Shown here: positions 24,457 through 37,110 of the stretch, one piece after another
Layout: each line of letters opens with the position of its first letter
Numbering within the stretch: position 1 is the first letter of the stretch
Origin: Squalus acanthias
Lineage: Eukaryota
Reading direction: 5' to 3'
DNA length: 64,000 nucleotides
Assembly (NCBI GenBank): GCA_030390025.1
Contig: CM059426.1
Coordinates: 200,942,001-201,006,000, forward strand
Position numbers and translations under genes: made by a program
Notes under the pieces: model-generated
Seen by the model: only the letters and a program-made list of their open reading frames with translations
What the model was told of the DNA's origin: nothing
Database searches by the model: none

Positions 24457-25778
24457 CAACAACAACAACTTGTATGTATATAGCGCCTTGAACGTAGTGA
24501 AACGTCCCAAGGGGCTGCACAGGATTATTATAAGACAAAAATCTTTGACACCGAGCCACATAAGGAGAAATTAGGGCAGGTGACCAAAAGTTTGGTCAAA
24601 GAGGTAGGTATTAAGGAGCATCTTAAAGGAGGAAAGAGAGGTAGAGAGGTTTAGGCAGGGAATTCCAGAGTTTAGGGCCCAGGCAATAGAAGGCGCGGCC
24701 ACCAATGGTTGAGTGATTATAATCAGGGATGCTCAAGAGGGCAGAATTAGAGGAGCGCAGATATCTCGGGGGGTTGTGGGGCTGAAGGAGATTACAGAGA
24801 TAGGGAGGGGCGAGGCCATGGAGGGATTTGAAAACAAGGATGAGAATTTTGAAATCGAGGCGTTGCCAATGTAGGTCAGCGAGCACAGGGGTGATGGGCG
24901 AACGGGACTTGGTGCGAGTTAGGACACGGGCAGCCGAGTTTTGGATGACCTCAAGTTTACGAAGGGTAGAACGTGGGAGGCCAGCCTGGAGTGCATTGGA
25001 ATAGTCAAGTCTAGAGGTAACAAAGGCATGGATGAGGGTTCAATAGTGGATGAGCTGAGGCAGGGGTGGAGACGGGCGACGTTACGGAGGTAGAAATAGA
25101 CGTTCTTAGTTATGCTGCGGATATGTGGTCAGAAGCTCATTTCAGGGTCAAATATGACACCGAGGTTGCGAACAGTGTGGTTCAGCCTCAGACAGATGTT
25201 AGGGAGAGGGATGGAGTTTGTGGCGGGGACCGAAAACAATGGCTTCGGTCTTCCAATATTTAATTGGAGAAAATTTCTGCTCATTCAGAACTGGATGTTG
25301 GACAAGCAGTCTGACAATTTAGAGACCGTGGAGGGGTCGAGAGAAGTGGTGGTGAGATAGAGCTGGGTATCGTCAGTGTACATGTGGAAACTGACGCTGT
25401 GTTTTCAGATGATGTCGCCAAGGGGCAACATGTAGATAGCAATAGGAGGGGGCCAAGGATAGATCCTTGGGGGACACCAGAGGTAACGATGCGGGAGCGG
25501 GAAGAGAAGCCGTTGCAGGTGATTCTCTGGCTACGATTAGATAGATAAGAATGGAACCAGGCGAGTGCAGTCCCACCCAGCTGGACGACGGTGGAGAGGC
25601 GTTGGAGAAGGATGGTGTGGTCAACCGTGTCAAAGGCTGCAGACAAGTCAGGAAGGACGAGGAGGGATAGTTTACCTTTGTCACATTCACAAAGGATGTC
25701 ATTTGTGACTTTGATGAGAGCCGTTTCGGTACTGTGGCAGGGGCAGAAACCTGATTGGAGGGATTCAAACATGGCTTC
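24457..25778 (-). mobile_element. L2 LINE 5'-truncated copy with decayed reverse transcriptase
   Basis: LQSGFCPCHSTETALIKVTNDIL...DLSAAFDTVDH...GVPQGSILGPLL RT motifs, frameshifted; L2 3' end with (aac)n tail at about 24457. Confidence 0.9.
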
Positions 25779-26434
25779 GAGCTCTCGTCTTCCCCCACTC
25801 ACCCCCCATATATAGCACGCGCACACACACACACACACATTCATCTCATCTCATGCAAAAACAGGTTAATGTATAAAGGCATCAGGACTGGGTACGAATG
25901 TTGACAAACCTCAGCTTAACCCTCCACAAAGGATTGACTCTGACGCACTGAAAATAAAAGCATTCCATTTGAACAGCCAGCATTGAGAGAAGAGAAAGAG
26001 GAACACATTGAAGGCTTGAAAATAGGGATTTAGGTGAAGAGCACACAGATTGCAATCACGCCAGACCGCAGACTGTAAAAAGGAGCACTGTACAGTCAGG
26101 TGACATTACTGCACATCAGTGTGTAGACTGCAGTGTTGTACAGGACCAATAGCACGTAGCAAAGTCCCTAGTAAACCAACAAGAGGTTTATGACTTAGGT
26201 TCGCACTCTTCTTTGGTTCTTTCGTTATTACTCTGAAAATCGATACCAAAACAAAATGAAATAATAAAAGGGAGCTTTCGGTTGTGATTTGAAATCCTTA
26301 TTTTTTTCCCCCCATCTTTTACAAATCTGTACAAATATTGATTTTCAAACTCTTGGGCAAAGAGGAGCCCCCAAAAAAGGATAAATTGTGAAAAGTCACT
26401 CACTTTCCATCATGTGAAAATGAAAAATGGAAAA

Positions 26435-26657
26435 GTGTGACTGTCTGGGTGGGAGAGGGGGCAGGGTGTGACTGTCTGGGTGGGAGAGGGGACAGGGTGT
26501 GACTGTCTGGGTGGGAGAGGGGGCAGGGTGTGACTGTCTGGGTGGGAGAGGGGGCAGGGTGCGACTGTCTGGGTGGGAGAGGGGGCAGGGTGTGACTGTC
26601 TGGGTGGGAGAGGGGGGCAGGGTGCGACTGTCTGGGTGGGAGAGGGGGCAGGGTGTG
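26435..26657 (+). repeat. ~31-bp G-rich minisatellite, about 7 copies
   Basis: Unit gtgtgactgtctgggtgggagagggggcagg. Confidence 0.95.
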
Positions 26658-26713
26658 AACATTTGATTTCTGGAACCAGGAAGTTGGCTACAGTTCAGAA
26701 ACAGCTGAACATG

Positions 26714-26792
26714 ACAACGACAACAACTTGCATTTATATAGCACCTTTAATGTCCCAAGGCGCTTCACAGGAGCATTATCGGACAAATTTGG
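26714..26792 (-). mobile_element. L2-type 3' tail fragment
   Basis: acaacaacttgcatttatatagcacctttaatgtcccaaggcgcttcacaggag matches other L2 ends. Confidence 0.6.
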
Positions 26793-28069
26793 TAACACTG
26801 CGGATGAGCTGCAGTCAGACCACTGTAACCTGCTCCATAACAACCCCCAATCAAAGCACAGTAATTGCAACGACTGGTGTTGCTGGTATTAAACAGATCG
26901 TTGCTTGAATCAAAGATGAAACCCACTGTAAGTTAATAATTTTGGTTTATAATTGTTATTAACTCACTGGTGTACAAAGGATTGGAAGGAATAGTCCTTC
27001 ATGCATTTTTAAAGGAACATGCCGAGGCTCCAAAACACATCAGTACAGTGCTCTAACAAAAGACCACTTTTATAATTTTCACTTTCACTGCTAATAGCGA
27101 CTTCAGCCATTGTGATTCCACCCTTGGAAACCTTCATTTGAAGAAATTAAAAGCCACGACATAAAACAACCGCTGCTGCATTGCATAAAGCCTTCAAAGC
27201 GCTCTAAATAATAAATAAAATAATGAAATCTAGTTTGAAGTATAAAATCAGCTCCTCAGCTTGTGTTCGTAAATCTCTTTGCAAGACAGCTTATTTTCTG
27301 GCCAACAGCCAGCCTCGCGACCAGGATCTTAACCCTCACACTGCCAGCGCATGAAAACTCCACAGGTCTGGACAGAGTGGCTACAGGCCAATGCAAATCT
27401 AACCGGGGCCTTGGTGCTCTTAGAATTGTTAAACTGAATACACGGTGGAAGTGTTCTAGGCACCATGCGCGTAATCAATGAGGAAAGGAACAGCAACGGA
27501 ACAGAAAAATAGCTCTGCAAACTTCAACCTTTGCAGTAAGAACTTAAAAGAACACTCTCCCGCACCAACTGGTTTAGATGGTTGAGGCTGTGGACGGACT
27601 GGAAATTGCGGTTATAAAAAGGCACTTATTGGAGATCAGGTCAGCAAGGGAAATAAATAAACTTAGCAAAGTGCACTGTATTGTTTCGAGAGATGTCAGA
27701 CAATCAGCATTGTACTAAAGCCAAATGATTCACTCCAAGAGTACTCTGAAGAGTGGCAACTGACTCACTCTCATTACTATCTTTACATGACCAGGGCTTA
27801 GACAATACTTGGGAGAGCTCCACAAATAAAATACTCCCTCCAAAAATCTGAAAATAAAAAGCCCCGAGACCCTGGACTAGTCAGAGTGAATCGGTGACTC
27901 ATTTCTCGTGCAGCATCGGCACCAGGCCAGCGCGAGGATGCCCCAACAAAATCACAACACATCCACAGCGAGAAAGATGTTGAAATTTCAGAGCTATTAA
28001 ACTTATAACTTCTTTTCAGTTGACACAAGGTGTCCTCCCCCACCCCCCTGTTTACCTTAACCCTCTTAC

Positions 28070-28085
28070 CTGGGAAGAAACGCAT
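28070..28085 (-). CDS. Candidate short alternative first coding exon, MRFFP(A)
   Basis: ATG CGT TTC TTC CCA G|gtaaga: strong donor, phase 1, in frame with the EGF-common exon; CpG-enriched sequence upstream. No transcript evidence. Confidence 0.35.
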
Positions 28086-28850
28086 TTTTATAAGCGTTGA
28101 GGCATGAAGGTGTCTTGTCCCGAGAAATCGAGACCTTGCCCAAACTTTACTGCAATCGGCTCAAACTAGCAGCTGCTCCTGTGGGCCCCGAAACGATCTC
28201 GGAACTCCTGCCCTTTTTTGGGGAGGGGGGGTTTAAATATACTTCTTTGCCCACGTCATTGCACCGTCAAATATCTGATTTACATTGGCGCTGGTCGACA
28301 GGCAAGACATCAGCCTGCAGTGACTCTAGAGAGGCGCGGGGGGAGCATTGCTCAAAGACAAAATAATGCTTTTCCTTCGAATGAATCTCGGGTCCCGAAG
28401 CGCATCAGCTCCATCAACACACTCGTCCTGCCATCGCGCCCAGGAGGAACACGGATTTTGAGAATGAAAATCAGCTCACACAAAATGTTATCACAATGAA
28501 TCGATACAGACATCAAACCAAGCCGACAGGCCCGTCAACTCACGTGAAAGAATGCCAAGTGTGATTACTCATACTAATTGCTACATTTTCTACAAGTAGA
28601 GATAAAGACAAATGTAATCAGTTCCGAGCCACCTGGTTTCCCCCCCCAAAGCCACCCCATTCTTGCACGCATACTGCGGCGGGCAATTTGTGCACGGGCA
28701 CTTTTAACCCCGCGTTAGCCGTGACTCCGACACCAGCGCTTTTGAATTCTCGCTCTCGCAACGCACTTATCTGGAATCCTCGTGCCATCACGGATGAGGG
28801 CAACTTAGCTTCTCCTCGCGTGCGCTATTTAAACAGTGGGACCTGGTCCA
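28086..28850 (-). promoter_or_regulatory. CpG-enriched non-repetitive patch, candidate internal promoter/5'UTR
   Basis: Visibly more CG dinucleotides than the flanks; TATA-like tttaaatag on the minus strand near 28825-28833. Confidence 0.3.
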
Positions 28851-29649
28851 GAGGCTAGGTCAACTTAACAGCATCCTGTGTAAGACTAGACAATTCATCA
28901 TCGATCCTTAAACAGATCAGCACATTTCTGTTTGTTGAAAAGAAGCTAGGTGGAGGGGGGGGGGGGGGGGGTGGTGGAGGAGGTGTGAGGGGTGAAAGGA
29001 GACGGTGACCTTTCTGGTTACATTATCTTCTATTATTCCAACCTTCATTCCAGACCAAACTAATTTAGCCTGCTGAGTTTTTCCAGCGTTTTCTGTTGTT
29101 ATTTCTAGTTTAGCCCCCACAGCTAGACTCCTGTATAGACCATATAGTTACAGGGTGAAGTAATATTGTGGAGGGTATCAATTCTGAGTAAATTGGAGAC
29201 CAAGAACAAAGATTGTGTGATTCTGCGTACCTGCAACAGTTCCGTTAACACCCCTTCCACCTGCAGCACACAGTGCCCGCTGTGCTCAGTATGCATGTTA
29301 CATAATGACCAGATTACTTTCTCAGAAATTAAACGAACAAAAACATGGATTAACGGGGGAGAGCTCTATTTTCACACTTGCTTCACATTCTGCATCGCAA
29401 CCCTAATCACGCTGCATGCAAATAATGAGCTCATGCTTGCAGTGGTTCGTGAGGAGGTATCATAATCGAGAAGGCAATTATTAACGCGGTGATGTCAATA
29501 TTATTCCAATGGCCATTAGGGGCCACAGTGAACATGTTGCTCGTTCCCCCAGACAAGAGTGATGGATAAATGATACAAAACGACAAAGGAGTGGGGTTTT
29601 TTTTTTATAACAAAAAGTAACAACTTGCTCATAAACCTACGTTTCAACC

Positions 29650-30010
29650 TTTTTCCACACACAGGATAGTCATAATCTGGAACTCCCACCTCCGAAAGGC
29701 TGTGGATGCAGGCGCAACTGGAGCTTTCAAGACTGAGATGGATAGATTTTTGTTAGAAAATTTGCAGGCTAATGGGGAAAAAGCTGGGGTGTGGTGACTA
29801 AATTGGACAGTTCTTTCAAAGAGCCGGCACAGGCACGATGGGCCAAATGGCCTCCTTCTGCAGTGTAAGATTCTATGATTCTATGAAAGGGTATCAAGGG
29901 ACACGGATCAAAGACGTGGGTAAATGCAGTTGAGGTGCAGACCAGCCATGATCTAATTGAATGGTGGAGAAGCCTCGAGGGGCTGAATGGCCTGCTCTTG
30001 TCCCTAATGT
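29650..30010 (+). mobile_element. Nested CR1 3' fragments
   Basis: One CR1 end with (attctatg)n tail at about 29870-29885 interrupts another CR1 3' end that resumes at aagggtatcaaggg. Confidence 0.65.
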
Positions 30011-30754
30011 TGCCATGTTCAACAGGTTTACTCATTCTGAATAGCCTTGGTGCTGTTTTAACCTTAGTTTTGGATCCTATACCACAAAAGGTCAATAGCC
30101 TCTTGATTGTTACTGTGCCTTGTGTGGCCATTCCCCCCTCATCGCCCTCGCACAATCCCATTACACATCCAAAAAGGGGGCTGGCAGAAACTCCGCCGAA
30201 TACACGGCAGAAAGGACAGTGGGAGCTGATTCAAACAGTTCCAGGAATACTTCACTCAGCAGAGCGAGACCGTGCCAAAACAAAATGCCGCCTTGACACA
30301 ACTGGCGGAGTCAGCATCGATGCACTAAAATAGGAATAGCGCCTTGTTCGTCATATGGAATAACAAATGACTGGCATAGGAAGAGGCTCGGTCTCGGAAA
30401 TTCTGCTGACATTCCACAAGCTTCGTCTTTGAGCTTTCCTGACTCGATTAAATTGCTGCCTGTACCTCACTGTCAGCCGTTTATTATACCAGACCGCTCT
30501 TCTGCTGAATCATTGCCTATGTTACCAGAAGGAGATTGCATTAATAATAGAAATGTGTAAAATGTTCAGCAGAATATTGAAGTGATCCGAATAGAAAGAT
30601 TCCTTCAACCGCCTTCAATACTGAACAAGTCATTTAGCATCATTTGGTGACTGCTTTATGCTAATAGTTTGAAACATTTCTAAAATAGGTAGTAAATACA
30701 AATGAAAATATGTCTTGCACTCCCACACGTACACACATTTATGTAAAACACTTG

Positions 30755-31349
30755 GGGCTGGATTTTGATACTGGGGCGGGTTGGGGTCGTGTTATCCGCA
30801 TTTCGTGTTATCCACCCGCCTGCAATTAGATGTGGGAGATTGATGCAATTTTCACTTAATTGGGCAATTGAGTTCCAGCATGTGGGAACCCATGAACCAG
30901 TTAGTGTTTTCAGTCTGAAAGTCGCCTCTGATGATGTCATCATTGTTGCTGCATTGCAGGTCAGAGACTGCCTGGCCTTTGCTGTGAGAGGACCTGGATG
31001 CAAAATGAGCAGCATCTCAGAGAGAGAGAGAGAGAGAGAGTGAGAGTCAGCTATCCACTTGTGCTCCCGCCAGGTTTCACTGGCGTGTTTCAGATCAGGC
31101 GTGCTTCACGTGGGAAAAGGATTAAACTAGCTAAAAAGTTTCAAAATGGCATTGCAGAGCCAATTTAGGGCTTGTTAAGGGCTTTAATGGCCTCTCCCAC
31201 CTCTTGGAGGCGGGACGGAGACGGGACCACCGCACACGATTTCATCAAAATTGCATGGAGGCAGGATCGGGTCCGCCCGCCACTTTTCGCAATTTTAACC
31301 CCCCACACGCCTCCAAACCCGCCTCCACGGGTCTATGAAAATCCAGCCC
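30755..31349. mobile_element. PIF/Harbinger-like MITE
   Basis: TIR gggctggatttt / aaaatccagccc with 3-bp TTG direct repeat on both sides. Confidence 0.7.
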
Positions 31350-31709
31350 TTGATCTTTCATGGCTTTACTCACAGACCAAATTTAAATAAATACATTTTT
31401 GGGAATTAAATAGGCCTCAACCACACCCTGACTCCTTACTAATCTAGTTTCCATGCATCAGAAAAATTACGAGATGGCTTTCAAATCCAGGCCTAGGCCT
31501 CGCACACCACCCTTTCGCCGCTTGTGAAATAATCTTCCATTTGGAACTTGAACATATCGCTCTTTGCAGCTCATTACACTTGCTCACAGTCACAACCGCT
31601 AAATGGTTCGAGTTATTTCCGCTTGCTTACTTAGATTTTCAGTTTTTGGTGTTGAACCACGATGGTATATTTATTGTGGAATGTGATCCCTGGTTCTGAT
31701 TCGCCGCTG

Positions 31710-31942
31710 TTCACCCAGAGGGCGGTGGGGGGTCTGGAACTCACTGCCCGAAAGGGTGGTAGAGGCAGAAACCCTCATTGCATTTAAAAAGTTCTTGGAT
31801 ATGCACTTGAAGTGCCGTAACCTACAGGGCTACAGACCAAGAGCTGGAGAGTGGGATTAGGCTGGATAGCTCTTTTTCAGCCAGCACAGACACGATGGGC
31901 CGAACGGCCTCCTTCTGTGCCGTAAATTTCTGTGATTCTATG
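31710..31942 (+). mobile_element. CR1 3' fragment
   Basis: ttcacccagagggcggtggggtctggaactcactgcc...gacacgatgggccgaacggcctccttctgtgccgtaaatttctgtgattctatga. Confidence 0.75.
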
Positions 31943-32496
31943 ACTGGAATTACATGTGGTTAGCACAGATCAATTAGAAAGCAAGCAGGGACTCAAACTG
32001 TACACTCGCATAGACCCAAAACTATAAATACATAATAATGTGTCTCTAAATATATAAAATATGTCCAATATGTATTATTTCCCATTTAGCAAATATGGAT
32101 TATCACTGGATATATTTGCAGTGACTCATCATATTTTCAAATCTTTGCATTGTTGGGAAAGAAAGAATGGGGCCCAAAACAGAACACATTATAAAAAAGA
32201 TATATCCTGAAGTGATTACAGGGCTATAATCTCTTCTTCAGGTGTTGATGACTATTCTATACAGTTTCAGCTTCATGGTCACAGTGTATTATATTATCTG
32301 AGCTCCTCAATGAAGTGATTAAATCATGATAAGGTCACACCTTGAACACTGCACCCAGCTCTGGTTGTCAACGAGACATTCAAGCACTGGAAGCAGTGCA
32401 GAGAAGAGACATGAGGCTGACCCTTGGTATCAGAGGTCAGAGCTATCAGGAAAGACCTGGGCTTCTCAACCTGGAAAGAAAGCATTCGAGAGGTTT

Positions 32497-33226
32497 ACAA
32501 CCTCGGTGTCATATCTGACCCTGAGATGAGCGTCCGACCACATATCCACGGCATCACTAAGACCTCCTATTTCCACCTCTGTAACATCGCCCAGCTCCGC
32601 CCTCGCCTCAGCTCATCCGCTGCTGAAACCCTCATCCATGCCTTTGTTACCAATAGACTTGACTATTCCAATGCTCTCCTGGCCAGCTTCACACGTTCTA
32701 CCCTCTGTAAACTTGAGATCATCCAAAACTCTGCTGTCCATATCCTAACTCTCACCAAGTCCAATTCACCCATCACCCCCGTGCTTGCTGACCTACATTG
32801 GCCCCTGCTTAAGCAATGCCTCGATTTTTAAAATTCTCATCCTTGTTTTCAAATCCCTCCATGGCCTCCCCCTCCCTGTCTCTGTAATCTCCTATGGCCA
32901 ACAACCCTCCGAGATATCTGCGCTCCTCCAATTCTTGCCCCTTGAGCATCCCCGATTTTAATCGCTCCGCCATCGGTGGCCGTGCCTTCAGCTGTCAAGG
33001 CCCTAAGCTCTGGTATTCCCTCCCGAAACCCCTCCGCCTCTCCACCTCTCTTTCCTCCTTTAAGACGCTCCTTAAAACCTACCTCTGACCAAGCTTTTGG
33101 TTATCTGCCCTAATATCTCCTTATGTGGCTCTGTGTCAAATTTTGTTTGATAACTCTCCTGTGAAGCACCTTGGGACGTTTTACTATTTTAAAGGCGCTA
33201 TATAAATACAAGTTGTTGTTGTTGTT
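32497..33226 (+). mobile_element. L2 LINE 3' fragment
   Basis: NLGVISDPEMS...LSSSAAETLIHAFVTNRLDYSNALL...; ends in (gtt)n. Confidence 0.88.
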
Positions 33227-33736
33227 GAGGTTGGAGGCAGTTCAGAGAAGGTTCACTAGGTTGATTCCTGAGATGAAGGGGTTGTCTTATGAGGAAAAGT
33301 TGAGCAGGTTGGGCCTATACTCATTGGAGTTTAGAAGAATGAGGTGATCTTATTGTAACATATAAGATTCTGAGGGGGCTTGACAGGGTAGATGCAAGGA
33401 GGATATTTCCCCTCGTGGGGGAATCTAGAACTAGGGGGCATAGTTTCAGAATAAGGGGTTGCCCATTTAAAACAGAGATGAGGAGGAATTTCTTCTCTCA
33501 GAGGGTCGTGAATCTTTGGAATTCTCTGCCCCAGAGAGCTGTGGAGGCTGAGTCATTGAATATATTCAAAGTGGAGATAGACAGATTTTTGAAAACAGGG
33601 GAATCAAGGGTTATGGGGAATGGGCAGGAAAGTGGAGTTGAGGCCAAGATCAGATCAGCCATGATCTTATTGAATGGTGGAGCAGGCTCGAGGGGCCGAA
33701 TGGCCTATTCCTGCTCCTATTTCTTATGTTCTTATG
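33227..33736 (+). mobile_element. CR1 LINE 3' fragment
   Basis: GESRTRGHSFRIRGCPFKTEMRRNFFSQRVVNLWNSLP; 3' (ttcttatg)n tail. Confidence 0.88.
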
Positions 33737-35899
33737 ATCTTACAAAGATATACAAAGTTGCTCAGAAAATGGAGATCGTAAACCCGGAATATTATTTTAA
33801 ATTCAATTGTGAGGACTAAAATAAGGGACACTAGTCCAAACTAATAAAAGGCCATTTTAGGATTGTATCCTTCAAACGAAGAGTGATCAACGTGTGCAAT
33901 AAACTTGCAGATTGAGTAGTGAAGGCATTTAAGAAAGAACTGGACTGTACAATGGGAGGACTTTAGCATCTTTCAGAAGAGATGAATAAAGGAGGTTTGA
34001 ATGGGCCTTCCTCATCCATAATTATCTTTCAACCTGGTAGTTACTTCAAGGTATCCATGATTCTCTATGTACAATATACAAGCATATATGGTTTGTGCTG
34101 ACCATATGTAATCTATACACACATACTATATATGCAATTTGTAAATATACATATACCAGGTATTGTTAACTGTGAATATAATCAGTGACAATGTGCTTTA
34201 ATCCTCTTAGCATATGGATAAGTTTACTCTTGCAGGTACCACAGTGTAGTGAGGGGGGCTGAGTATACTCTCTAGTTGCTGCCCTTCCCGATCTTGATGA
34301 GTAAAAAAATGTGATTGACTGGTCACACTGCAGATACAACCATGTCAACCCATGTATTCCGAGCCATCTAATTCCCGGCAACAGCCAATGAAAATCTTTT
34401 TTGCAAGAAAAATAAAACAGGCAAGTAAGAAGCTTTTAAAATTCACTTGTTTTAAATGTAAAAAACGGGTTTGAAAAGATCAGCTATTTTCGATTTGACA
34501 GATAGAAAGTGACATTAAAGCTACAAAATACATTGAGATAAAACAGGGAAGAGTGCACCGGGTACAAAAAGGAAAGAAAGACAAGCACGGTTAATTCTTA
34601 ATTTTTAATGTAAAATTGTGCTTTAAGTGTTTAATTTAATAGTTGGGTAATAATGTTATTCCTGGTTTAGGGGTAGCTTTATCACTGCAATACCACTATT
34701 ATATTCAACATCATATTGCTGGAATTGAAAACTTAAAGTTGGTTGGCCTCGGGAGAAGGGGTTTCACTGGACCCGCTGGCAGTCTAAGGGTTAACTAACT
34801 TGAAATTATGTCAGTGATATGCTGTAAACTTTTATACCAATGTAAGCTTCACTTTCGCCAGTGACTGGGCCAAACATTAACTGTGAAGCGGCCTACACTT
34901 TAACACAAAGGCCTGTTTATTTAGTTTGAGGTTTCAGCACCAAGGACAACGCTTGTCTTTTATTTGGGCCTGTCACGAAGCACTGATCTCCTAGGGGTTT
35001 CCCTTCACTGTTAAATGAGCCAATGTTTGGACGTCAGTTCGAAACACGAAGCAGCGACGAGCTGCCGGCTGGTCGTATTTTTGGAAATGTCATCTCTGTA
35101 AACTGTGCCTCCTCCTGGGTCCCGGGAGACAGTTTCGCCAACATAATTTTACAAAGCACTTAAAACAATGTTAAACTCTGTGACGTGGCCACAACGTGTA
35201 TTTGAAGCAATCCCCTTGACTGGGGGGGGGGGCGGGGGATATATTTCCCAACTTTCTAGGATGGGAGACTGTGTTGGTTCTGCTGATGATATGAAGCCAT
35301 TTTCCAGTTACACGAACAAGCACCCAGCACAGAGGCTAAAGGTCAAATCTGCTTTCATTGATGTTGCAGTCGAAAGATGGACAGACTGATAAAAGGCACA
35401 AACAGCAACCGGATTTATACTTTGTAAGTGCCACTGTTTGCATCCGACAGGAAAATGTCTATGTAGGATGAGCAGATGGTGGGGTTTAATTGGGAGTTAA
35501 GGATCATTAAAATTATACAATTCCTCTTTACTGCGTGCTTTTTTTTTAGCTCACTGACCTAATTCCGGTCGAAATTTAAAAGGAAACAGTCGCTCTTTGA
35601 AACCGTACGCCATGCAGGGGCCGTGCTACTAAAGTGCAGTGGCTATATATAAAAAAAAAACACAGGAACTGTGACAGTGCCGGTAAGAAACAGCACACTG
35701 GGGAGTTACAGGCTGCAGATCCTTCACAAGGGCGACACATTTACAAGGAAGTCATTAGAGTCTATTACACAAATGAGATATCAGCTGCATTGAGTCGTGA
35801 ACAAAAGGATTATATATGTGATATCAATAATCGGGCAAGTCAAGAGGCCGAGATAGGAACATGGGGGACAGGAGGAGGCCATTCAGCCCCTCGAGCCTG

Positions 35900-36218
35900 T
35901 TCAGATGAGACGTTAAACCGAGGCCCCGTCTGCTCTCTCAGGTGGGCGTAAAAGATCCCATGGCACTGTATCGAAGAAGAGCAGGTGAGTTATCCCCTGG
36001 TGTCCTGGCCAATATTTACCCCTCAATCAACATCGCTAAAGCAGATTATCTGGTCATTATCACATTGCTGTTTGTGGTAGCTTGCTGTGCGCAAATTGGC
36101 TGCTGTGTTTCCTACATTACAACAGTGACTACACTCCAAAAAGTACTTCATTGGCTGTAAACGCTTTGGGACGTCCAGTGGTCATGAAAGGCGCTATAGA
36201 AATGCAAGTCTTTCTTTC
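35900..36218 (+). mobile_element. DeuSINE-type SINE, 5' truncated, preceded by a CR1 tail fragment (35853-35900, minus)
   Basis: gatgagacgttaaaccgaggccccgtctgctctctcaggtgggcgtaaaagatcccatggcact. Confidence 0.75.
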
Positions 36219-36849
36219 TGCCATTCATTGGCTGACCTGGAAATGTTGCAATGTGCAATGCTGTGTCAGTTAGTCGGGCCAATAGATTTTTGGGGGAAAA
36301 TCAAGTATTGGGTCAATTAAAAATCTTTGAACATTCTTTAAATCCGTTCTGATTAAGTTGAAAGCACATGCGAGTACAAGCAGAAAACAAACCTTCACAG
36401 ACCCTCGCGTATTCCATTTGTAAACATGTGGAAAAACATAAGTTTTGCCAAACATTTGTCTTAAAGACAGTGCTCCTTTGAGATGGATATTTTTAAATAG
36501 TTGTTTATTAATTACTCAGATTAATCTTTCTGAAGGTTAGGCTGGTGTCACCATCTATTATGTTGACTGATGATTCTCAGCGCTTATATTAAACTGCGCC
36601 AAAGGCTGAAAGCAAAGAGTTTATTCCGATCATTGTGATTCAAATCTTTGCTTTTCTTCATTTTACTTCACCCCTTATATGTCTTCCGCTCATTTTCATT
36701 CAATTGAATTTGCCCCTTCCCCACTTCGTGCATTATTGCCTGACAAGTTGTTGTTGTTGTTGTTGAAACTGGGTGGGTGGGGGGGCGACTGGTCTCTCCC
36801 CAGGCCCCTGCCAACCACCAACAATTGTATGAAAGCTTCATATTTGACC

Positions 36850-37110
36850 TCCCCATGGCACTATTTTGAAGAAGAGCAGGGGAGTTCTCCCTGGTGTCCT
36901 GGCCAATATTTACCACTCAACCAACATCACTTAAAGCAGATTATCTGGTCATTATCACATTGCTGTTTGCGGGAGCTTGCTGTGCGCAAATTGGCTGCTG
37001 CGTTTCCCCACATTACAACAGCGACAGCACTTCAAAAGTACTTCATTAGCTGCAATGCGCTTTGGGATGTCCGGTGGTGGTGAAAGGCGCTATATAAATG
37101 CAGGTCTTCC
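36850..37110 (+). mobile_element. DeuSINE-type SINE 3' half
   Basis: cccatggcactattttgaagaagagcaggggagttctccctggtgtcctggccaatatt; homologous to 35957-36218. Confidence 0.7.

Larger units (their letters stand above)
32326..34030 (+). mobile_element. Old CR1 LINE fragment (about 32326-32495 and 33736-34030) split by younger insertions
   Basis: RSHLEHCTQLW...gagaggt / gatcttacaaagatatacaaag... continues across the inserts as decayed CR1 3' ORF2. Confidence 0.6.

Noticed and set aside
25281-25844. 187-aa ORF with reverse transcriptase motifs
   Set aside because: Truncated, frameshifted L2 ORF2; not an intact or domesticated gene.
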